From: Propionibacterium ruminifibrarum
GTDB taxonomy: Bacteria > Actinomycetota > Actinomycetes > Propionibacteriales > Propionibacteriaceae
Direction of reading: 5' to 3'
Length of the DNA stretch: 32,000 nucleotides
Assembly: GCF_900289195.1 (NCBI RefSeq)
Contig: NZ_OMOH01000003.1
Span: 1-32,000, forward strand
The notes under the pieces were generated by a model. The model worked only from the letters and a program-made list of their open reading frames with translations, did not search any database and was not told the DNA's origin. The first letter of the stretch is position 1; each line of letters opens with the position of its first letter. The position numbers were made by a program, and so were the translations under genes. Shown here in pieces: positions 25,712-32,000 of the stretch.

Positions 25712-27228
25712 GAGCCCTCGCCGACGGTGTCGCCGTCCAGCTCGAAGGGCATCGGCTCGTCCACGCGCACGCTCATCGAGCGGCCCGCGTAGCGTTCGAG
25801 CGAACGGTCGGCGCCGATCCGGGTGAGGACCCGGGTGGCCATCCGCGCCCAGCTCGAGATGCCCGAGGGCGACCCGACGACCATCTCCATGCGCCCATCG
25901 GTCGGGTCGGAGTCCGGGATGAGGATGACATTGCCTCCGATGGAGGGCACATTGCCCATCACCGTCAGCACGGCGTTGCCGCGCACCTGCTTCGAGCCGT
26001 CGACGCTGATCTGCACGCGGTGCGGCTTGGTGAGCAGCTCGGGCATCGCCGAGACGACGTAGGCCGCCGTGCCCATCATCTTCTTCAGCGCGTCGTTCGT
26101 GCGTGCCATGAGGCGGGCGTCGAACCCGATGCCGGCCATGACGGCGAAGCGGTGCGGCTCGTCGGCGCGGCCGTCGACGACCAGCCTGATGAGGTCGATG
26201 TCCTTCGGCTGGCCGTTGATCGCGACGAAGATCGCGTCTTCCTGGTCGAGCGGCAGCCCCAGGTTCTTGGCGAGCAGATTGCCGGTGCCCGCCGGGATCA
26301 GGCCGATCGGGATGCCCGAACCGGCCAGCGTCTGGGTCACGATGCGCACGGTGCCGTCGCCCCCGGCGACGATGACCAGATCGGCGCCCCGGGTGATGGC
26401 CTCCCTGGCCTGCGCGGCCCCGGGGTCCTCCGGCGTGGTCTGCAGCCACAGCGGGGACTGCCAGTGCCGGCCGCTCAGCTCGTCGGCGATCTGGCGGCGG
26501 AAGACCATCTCGTCGGCCACCTTGATGGGGTTGTAGATCACGGCGCACAGGCCTCCGACCGGGCGCGGCGTGCTGCGGCGCCGGGTGGCGATGAGCGGCA
26601 GCATGCGCACCCTGGCGAGGAACAGGACGAGCGAGGTGACCAGGCCGCCGAGCAGGGCGCCGCCGACGATGTCGGTGAGGCGGTGGGCGTTCATGGCGAA
26701 ACGGTCGGCGGCCTCGAGCAGGATCGCGAGGACGCCGACGACGCGCCAGCTGAGGATCGTGAGGCGGGACTGCCGGGTGGTCGTGCTGACCGCGATCGCC
26801 GTCATCGCGCCGGCCACGATGACCGCCATGTGGGTGCTCGGGTAGGCCGGGCCCCGGTAGGTGAGGAGCCAGTCCAGCGGGGAGGGCGGGCGCGGGCGCC
26901 CGAACAGGTTCTTGAGCAGGACACAGGCCAGCCAGCTGCCCAGGCCCGAGGCGAGGATCGCCACGGCGAGGTGACGCAGCCGCCGCCGCCAGGCCCACAC
27001 GCTCAGGCCGGCGAGCACGAGACAGACGATGACCGGGTGCGTGACGAGGGCGAAGGCCGCGCCGATCTGCTCACCGGCCGATCCGGGCATCAGGTGCGGG
27101 ACCTGGCTGAGGGCGTCGAGCCGGGCGAGCAGGCGCGTGCGCAGCGTCAGATGCGTCCAGACGATGAATGCGAGTGCGAAGAGGCACACGATCCACAGGT
27201 TGAAGCGACTGAACGTCCGGGTGGTCAC
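25627..27228 (-). CDS. Fusion protein: N-terminal membrane PAP2 phosphatase domain plus C-terminal diacylglycerol/lipid kinase catalytic domain
   Basis: The PAP2 motifs are KNLFGRPRP (KX6RP), YPSTH (PSGH-like) and DRFAMNAHRLTDIVGG (SRX5HX3D-like). The DAGK_cat motifs are AVIYNP, VIVAGGDGTV and IPAGTGNLLAKNLG. The start is GTG. Confidence 0.85.
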   Translation of the reverse strand: MTTRTFSRFNLWIVCLFALAFIVWTHLTLRTRLLARLDALSQVPHLMPGSAGEQIGAAFALVTHPVIVCLVLAGLSVWAWRRRLRHLAVAILASGLGSWLACVLLKNLFGRPRPPSPLDWLLTYRGPAYPSTHMAVIVAGAMTAIAVSTTTRQSRLTILSWRVVGVLAILLEAADRFAMNAHRLTDIVGGALLGGLVTSLVLFLARVRMLPLIATRRRSTPRPVGGLCAVIYNPIKVADEMVFRRQIADELSGRHWQSPLWLQTTPEDPGAAQAREAITRGADLVIVAGGDGTVRIVTQTLAGSGIPIGLIPAGTGNLLAKNLGLPLDQEDAIFVAINGQPKDIDLIRLVVDGRADEPHRFAVMAGIGFDARLMARTNDALKKMMGTAAYVVSAMPELLTKPHRVQISVDGSKQVRGNAVLTVMGNVPSIGGNVILIPDSDPTDGRMEMVVGSPSGISSWARMATRVLTRIGADRSLERYAGRSMSVRVDEPMPFELDGDTVGEGSYFKAEVDPAAVSIMVASSPANHSEAAA

Positions 27229-27345
27229 GCACCGATTGTGTCAGGAGATCCGCCCCGCCGGGGCCGCGACGTTCCATGGCCGCGGAGCGGTCGTGGCCGT
27301 GGTTCACCGCAGTTCGGCCCGGCCACGACATGGGCGCCCCGACTG

Positions 27346-27351
27346 TAGGCT
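27346..27351 (+). promoter_or_regulatory. Candidate extended -10 (TG-TAGGCT) for a leaderless serS transcript
   Basis: The sequence reads TGTAGGCT-TGGCCC-ATG(27358). The gap is 6 nt and there is no SD. Confidence 0.45.
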
Positions 27352-27357
27352 TGGCCC

Positions 27358-28629
27358 ATGATCGACCCGAAACTGCTGCGCACCGACCCAGACCGTGTCC
27401 GTCGTTCCCAGAAGGCCCGCGGCGAGTCCGTGGCCCTGGTCGACGAGGCACTCGCCGCGGACGAGGCGCGCCGGTCGTCGATCAGCGCCTTCGAGACCGC
27501 CCGCGCCGAGCAGAAGTCGCTGGGCGCCCGGATCGCCAAGGCCTCGGGCGACGAGAAGGCCGCCCTGCTGGCCCGCACCAAGGAGCTGTCGGGCCGGGTG
27601 AAGGCGCTGCAGGCCGAGGCGGACGAGGCCGATGCCGCGTACACCGAGGTCGTCAAGCAGTTCGGCAACATCGTCTTCGAGGACGTGCCGGCCGGCGGCG
27701 AGGACGACCTGTACGTCATCGACGAGGTGGGCAGCCCGCGCGACTTCGCCGCCGAGGGCATCGAGGTCAAGGATCACCTCGACCTCGGCGAGGGGATCGG
27801 CGCCATCGACATGGAGCGCGGCGCCAAGGTCTCCGGCTCCCGGTTCTACTTCCTCACCGGCCCCGGCGCCCTGCTGGAGTTCGCCCTCATCCAGTTCGCC
27901 CTGACGAAGGCCCTCGCCTGGGGCCTGACCCCGATGATCCCGCCGGCCCTGGTCAACCCCGAGGCCATGGACGGCACCGGTTTCCTCGGCCAGGCCGCCG
28001 ACGACGTCTACTACCTGGAACGCGACAACCAGTACCTGGTCGGCACCGCCGAGGTCCCCCTGGCCGCCTACCACTCGGGCGAGATCCTCGACGCGAGCGA
28101 GCTGCCGATCCGCCTCGCCGGGTTCAGCCCCGCCTACCGCCGCGAGGCCGGCTCGTACGGCAAGGACACCCGGGGCATCTTCCGCGTCCACTGGTTCGAC
28201 AAGTTCGAGATGTTCACCTACTGCCGGCCCGAGGACGCGGTCGCCGAGCACCAGCGGCTGCTGGAGCAGGAGAAGGAGTTCATCACCGCCCTCGGCATCC
28301 CCTTCCAGGTGCTCGACGTGGCCTCCGGCGATCTCGGCGCGTCGGCCGCCCGCAAGTACGACTGCTACGGCTGGGTGCCCTCGCAGGGCCGGTACCGCGA
28401 GATCACCTCGACCTCGAACTGCACCCAGTTCCAGGCGCGCCGGCTGGGCATCCGCATGCGCGACGGCAAGACCATCGAGCACGTGGCGACCCTCAACGGC
28501 ACCCTGTGCGCCATGAGCCGGATGATCCTCATGATCCTCGAGAACTACCAGCAGGCCGACGGCTCGGTCGTCGTCCCCGAGGTGCTGCGCCCCTACCTGG
28601 GGGGCCAGGAGGTCTTCGAGGCGCGCTGA
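27358..28629 (+). CDS. serS: Seryl-tRNA synthetase
   Basis: The N-terminus MIDPKLLR is followed by a coiled-coil arm. Class II motifs are present ([38 protein letters not shown]). Confidence 0.95.
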   Translation: MIDPKLLRTDPDRVRRSQKARGESVALVDEALAADEARRSSISAFETARAEQKSLGARIAKASGDEKAALLARTKELSGRVKALQAEADEADAAYTEVVKQFGNIVFEDVPAGGEDDLYVIDEVGSPRDFAAEGIEVKDHLDLGEGIGAIDMERGAKVSGSRFYFLTGPGALLEFALIQFALTKALAWGLTPMIPPALVNPEAMDGTGFLGQAADDVYYLERDNQYLVGTAEVPLAAYHSGEILDASELPIRLAGFSPAYRREAGSYGKDTRGIFRVHWFDKFEMFTYCRPEDAVAEHQRLLEQEKEFITALGIPFQVLDVASGDLGASAARKYDCYGWVPSQGRYREITSTSNCTQFQARRLGIRMRDGKTIEHVATLNGTLCAMSRMILMILENYQQADGSVVVPEVLRPYLGGQEVFEAR

Positions 28630-28752
28630 GCCCGCCACCGCCCGGCCCCGGCGAGGGTGTGCGGGGCGAACCGTGGTGGGTTCGCGCCCGGGGGTCCATA
28701 ATGGGCTCAAGCACCCAAGGGCGGGTGTGCCGCACCACAGGGGGTCTGAGCC

Positions 28753-29430
28753 ATGACGACCACAGTGAACCTAGCCGCCGAATATCTTCTCCTCGTGCTC
28801 GATGACAAGAAGGGCGGTTTCGTCCGTGACCTCACCACGGTGAACTTCACCGTCGCCGCAGCCGAGATCGTCGAGCTCATCGCCCGGCACCAGCTCGTCT
28901 TCGTCGAGGGCCCGAAGGGCACGAAGGTGCTCGCGCGCGGGGAGGTGGAGCCGAGCGACGAGTTCTTCGCCCAGATCATCGAGGCCGTCGAGGGCAAGAC
29001 CTACGACCAGGCCATCTCGGCCCTGGTCGGGCCCTTCTCGTCCCGCCCCGGCCCGGTCCGTTCGTTGCGCTCCTACGAGCTGCAGCACCTGGTCGAGGCC
29101 GGCATCCTGCGGGAGCGCCACATCAAGCTGCTGGGCCTCATCCCGCTCACCCGCTACCCCGAGGGAGACGCGAGCACCGAGATCGACCTGCGCGCCCGGG
29201 TGCGGGCCGCGCTCGGCGGCGCCGAACCCGACGACCGCACCCGCGCCCTCATCGCCCTGCTCTACGCCTCGCGGTCGCTGACCGCCGTCTTCCCACGGCT
29301 GGAGGCCAAACCGATGAAGCGCCGTGCCCGCCAGATCGCCGAACGCAGCTGGGAGGACGACGGCCTGGCCATGGCGCTTGCCGAGTACTTCTCGTACATG
29401 ACGCAGCTGTCGGCCGCCACGATGGTCTGA
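28753..29430 (+). CDS. GPP34/GOLPH3-family protein (bacterial homologue of Golgi phosphoprotein 3)
   Basis: The N-terminal hallmark is LAAEYLLLVLDDKKGG. The length is about 225 aa and the protein is predicted helical throughout, as in the actinobacterial GPP34 family. The call rests on recall of the family pattern. Confidence 0.72.
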   Translation: MTTTVNLAAEYLLLVLDDKKGGFVRDLTTVNFTVAAAEIVELIARHQLVFVEGPKGTKVLARGEVEPSDEFFAQIIEAVEGKTYDQAISALVGPFSSRPGPVRSLRSYELQHLVEAGILRERHIKLLGLIPLTRYPEGDASTEIDLRARVRAALGGAEPDDRTRALIALLYASRSLTAVFPRLEAKPMKRRARQIAERSWEDDGLAMALAEYFSYMTQLSAATMV

Positions 29431-29447
29431 CCGGCCGCATCGACGAC

Positions 29448-29478
29448 GAGGCCCCCGCGCACCGAGCGCGGGGGCCTC
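29448..29478. terminator. Bidirectional hairpin between the GPP34 gene and the PTS gene
   Basis: GAGGCCCCCGCGC, an ACCGA loop and GCGCGGGGGCCTC form a perfect 13-bp stem. Confidence 0.65.
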
Positions 29479-29513
29479 TCCTCCTGTCCTGGCCGCGTGG
29501 CCGGGCGAGTGGG

Positions 29514-31658
29514 TCACTCGGCGGCGGGCTTGGGCTCCTTGGGCGGCTTTGCCGTCGTCTGGATGATGGCGTCGCCCGGGTTCACCTCGCCGTCGCCGAT
29601 CCTGTCGATCCCGGCGAACTTGCGGACGTTCGTCACGAGCACCGGGGTGACGAGCGAGTAGCCGGCCTCGGTGATGACCTCGGGGTCGAAGGTGACCAGC
29701 GGGTCGCCGGCCGTCACGCGGTCGCCCTTGGCGACCTTCACGTCGAAGCCCCTGCCCTCGAGGTTCACGGTGTCGATGCCCACGTGGATGAGCAGTTCGA
29801 TGCCGTTGTCGAGCTTGACGCCGAAGGCGTGGCCGGTGGCCTGGGCGACGACGATCGTGCCGTCGCCGGGGGACACGACGGTGGTGCCGGTCGGTTCGAT
29901 GCCGACGCCCCTGCCGACGGTCCCGGCGCTGAACACGGGGTCGGGCACATCCTCGAGGGGGATGACCCGGCCGGCCAGCGGCGAGAGCACCTGGGTCACG
30001 GCGTTCGGCTCGAGGGCCGTCTTCGCCGGGGCGGGGCCGGCGGCGGTCTTCGCGGCCTCGTGCTCGGCCTTCCTCGACTCGTGCGCGACCTGCTTGGCCT
30101 CGTGCTCGTCGCGCTCCTGCGCCAGCCGCTGCTTGGCCTCCGCCCGCTGCTCGGCCGTGCGGTAGTCGGAGAAGTAGACGGCGACGAAGGCGACGGCGAA
30201 CGCGGAGAGCACCGAGATGGCGTACAGCGGGATGTTGCTGAAGGCGGGGATCGTCAGCAGCGAGGTGAAGACGAAGGCGTTCGTCGTCACGCCGCCGCCG
30301 ATGCCCTGGATGAGGCCGCCGACGACACAGCCGATGAGCATGCGCGGGTAGATGCGCCGGAAGCGCAGGTGGATGCCGTACAGGCTCGGTTCGGAGATGC
30401 CGCCGACCAGTCCGGCGACGACGGCGCCGGTGGCCGTCTGGCGCATCTCGATGTCCTTCTCGCGGATCGAGATGGCGAGCACCGCGGCCGAGGCGCCGAA
30501 GCAGGCGAAGTTCCAGGCGCCCATCGGCCCCTGGATGTAGTCGTAGCCGATGGCCTGGATGTTGAGCAGCATGACGGCGTTGAGCGGCCAGTGCAGGCCC
30601 AGCGGCACCATGAACGGGTAGAGCAGCGGGATGAGCAGGCAGAAGATGAACGGCGACAGGTCGTTGACGGCCTTCAGCGCGGTCGACAGGCCGGCGCCGG
30701 CGTAGACGCCGATCGGGCCGAGGACGAACGCGGTGACCGGGATCATGACGAGCATGCACAGGAAGGGCACGAAGATCAGCTGCAGGTTGTCCGGGATGAT
30801 CTTCTTGGCCAGCTTGTACAGCGGACCGAGCACACCCGCCATGAGCAGCGGCGGGAACACCTGCTGGCCGTAGTCGAAGATCGTCAGCGGCAGCTGGTGG
30901 TCGAAGATCGGGAACGGCTGCCGGAAGACGTGGACGATGTTGATGTCCTGGCCCAGCACGTGTGCGACGTGGCTGTCCGCCATGAGGGAGTTGTCGGCGG
31001 TCATGAAGCCGGGCAGCAGCAGGACGGCCATGACCGAGAAACCGATCCACGGGTCGGCACCCACCTTCTTGGTGGCGTTGTATGCCACCGAGAGCGGCAG
31101 GAAGTAGAAGACGCATCGCCAGCACAGGTTGATGAACGCCCAGCTCGGCGGCAGCTGGGCCTCGCCGCTCGACCAGTTGCCGATGACGCCGAGCGTGCTC
31201 ATGAGGGCCATGAAGGTGATGAACAGCGAGGCGCCCAGCAGCACGCCGATGATCGGGCGGAAGGAGTCGGACAGGAACTCGAAGAAGGTGTCCACCCAGC
31301 CGAACTTGCCGCGGATGCCGCCCTGCCTGGCGGCCGCCTTCACCTCGGCGTCGGAGGGTTTCTTGCCACCGCCGCCCGAGCCCATCGCCGACATCTGCGG
31401 CAGGGCCATGATCTCGTTGTAGACGGTGGCGACGGCGCCGCCGATGACGACCTGGTACCGGTTCCCGCTCTGGGGCACGGCCCCCATGACGGCGGGGATC
31501 TTCTCGACCGTGTCCTTGTCGACTCCGGAGCCGTCGCGCAGCTGGAACCGCAGTCGCGTCGCGCAGTGGGTGAGGCTCGTGATGTTGTCGGGGCCGCCGA
31601 CGGCGTCGACGATCGCCGCGGCGTCGCTCGTCGTGGAGGCCGTGGTTTCCTGGGCCAT
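29514..31658 (-). CDS. PTS sugar transporter EIIBCA (glucose/sucrose/beta-glucoside superfamily)
   Basis: The N-terminal EIIB has the phospho-Cys motif HCATRLRF. A polytopic EIIC domain follows, then a charged Ala/Glu/Lys linker. The C-terminal EIIA-Glc domain reads GHAFGV...LIHVGIDTV. An AAGGAG SD precedes the ATG at 31658. Confidence 0.9.
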   Translation of the reverse strand: MAQETTASTTSDAAAIVDAVGGPDNITSLTHCATRLRFQLRDGSGVDKDTVEKIPAVMGAVPQSGNRYQVVIGGAVATVYNEIMALPQMSAMGSGGGGKKPSDAEVKAAARQGGIRGKFGWVDTFFEFLSDSFRPIIGVLLGASLFITFMALMSTLGVIGNWSSGEAQLPPSWAFINLCWRCVFYFLPLSVAYNATKKVGADPWIGFSVMAVLLLPGFMTADNSLMADSHVAHVLGQDINIVHVFRQPFPIFDHQLPLTIFDYGQQVFPPLLMAGVLGPLYKLAKKIIPDNLQLIFVPFLCMLVMIPVTAFVLGPIGVYAGAGLSTALKAVNDLSPFIFCLLIPLLYPFMVPLGLHWPLNAVMLLNIQAIGYDYIQGPMGAWNFACFGASAAVLAISIREKDIEMRQTATGAVVAGLVGGISEPSLYGIHLRFRRIYPRMLIGCVVGGLIQGIGGGVTTNAFVFTSLLTIPAFSNIPLYAISVLSAFAVAFVAVYFSDYRTAEQRAEAKQRLAQERDEHEAKQVAHESRKAEHEAAKTAAGPAPAKTALEPNAVTQVLSPLAGRVIPLEDVPDPVFSAGTVGRGVGIEPTGTTVVSPGDGTIVVAQATGHAFGVKLDNGIELLIHVGIDTVNLEGRGFDVKVAKGDRVTAGDPLVTFDPEVITEAGYSLVTPVLVTNVRKFAGIDRIGDGEVNPGDAIIQTTAKPPKEPKPAAE

Positions 31659-32000
31659 GGATGCTCCTTGCTCCCGACGGTCCGGACCGCCGGATTCGGT
31701 GGTGAATACCGCTGATGATCGGGGTGGTCTCAGGGTTCACCACAGACTAGACGCAGATCGCGAGTACGACGCGGGTGTCCACACCGAGCAGAGGCCCTCC
31801 GCAGCGCGTTTGTTCGCTCTGCGCTGAGAAATGAGGGCGCCATCCTTCGGCGCCATGCCGCGGGCGCCCCCGACGACTGGGCGATGCGGTGCGTCGAGGG
31901 TCCGTGGGCGGCCGGTTGAGGGACGACCCATGGGACGGCGGGCCGCTGGAGGCGCCGGGCCTCGGATCCCGGACCGACTGCCGGGGCCGGTGGCCTATTC

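Noticed and set aside
24740-27348. 752-aa (-) and 641-aa (+) ORFs overlapping pheA and the PAP2-DAGK gene
   Set aside because: Both are Arg/Pro/Gly/His-rich frame shadows. The pheA and PAP2-DAGK frames contain canonical motifs.
27304-28710. 468-aa minus-strand ORF opposite serS
   Set aside because: It is an antisense shadow. serS is unambiguous.
28771-31743. 990-aa (-) and 643-aa (+, 29784..31715) ORFs across the GPP34 and PTS genes
   Set aside because: They are extremely Arg/Pro/His/Gly-rich and run through a strong terminator hairpin (29448-29478). The PTS EIIBCA frame and the GPP34 frame explain the region.
31738-31754. Partial resemblance to a GntR/HutC (DasR dre-like, TGGTCTAGACCA) operator upstream of the PTS gene; the minus strand reads GCGTCTAGTCTGTGGTG
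   Set aside because: Only about half of the palindrome is present, and no cognate regulator gene is in the window. The match is too weak to call.
31836-31856. GGCGCCAT direct repeat and GGCGCC/GGCGCC 6-bp hairpin near the right edge
   Set aside because: The stem is short, GGCGCC is self-complementary and frequent in high-GC DNA, and the flanking gene context lies outside the window.

Overview
High-G+C, gene-dense chromosomal segment of actinobacterial type. It is mostly core housekeeping, with no CRISPR array, transposase, integrase, rRNA or tRNA that I can support. About 29 CDSs are recognisable from the translations. In order: an MFS transporter (-), a cysteine-free rhodanese-domain protein (+), glpD (-) and the rpsF-ssb-rpsR-rplI operon (+). 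Next come a SAM methyltransferase and an SDR oxidoreductase (+), then glycerate kinase and a HAD hydrolase (-). An AlkA-like HhH-GPD glycosylase and an AIM24-family protein follow (+). A minus-strand signalling block runs whiB-like / LMW tyrosine phosphatase / S51 (cyanophycinase)-like protein / OmpR-type response regulator / histidine kinase. After it come ornithine carbamoyltransferase, mug and alr (+), an EcsC-family protein (-), gltA and an Rpf-LysM resuscitation-promoting factor (+). The rest is a small membrane protein (-), aat and pheA (+), a PAP2-diacylglycerol-kinase fusion (-), serS and a GPP34/GOLPH3-family protein (+), and a PTS EIIBCA permease (-). Several long Arg/Pro/Gly-rich ORFs in the six-frame track are frame or antisense shadows typical of high-GC DNA. 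Several track ORFs also carry spurious N-terminal extensions, which I trimmed using conserved N-termini and SD or -10 context. I see no clear novel multi-gene system such as a defence island. The features most worth a second look are these: (1) two 33-nt direct-repeat modules packed with exact actinobacterial DnaA-box 9-mers, plus a tandem 12-mer, in the 10.4-10.85 kb intergenic region; (2) a roughly 45% G+C leader with mutually exclusive pairings upstream of rpf; (3) an S51-like protein that appears to have lost its serine nucleophile and is translationally coupled to a two-component system; (4) a whiB-like gene with a long tail that overlaps the ptpA-like gene by ATGA; (5) a recurring TAGRCT-N6-8-start leaderless promoter context; (6) an unassigned, compositionally odd left end (1-624). 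All functional calls rest on motif recognition by eye. No database search was run.
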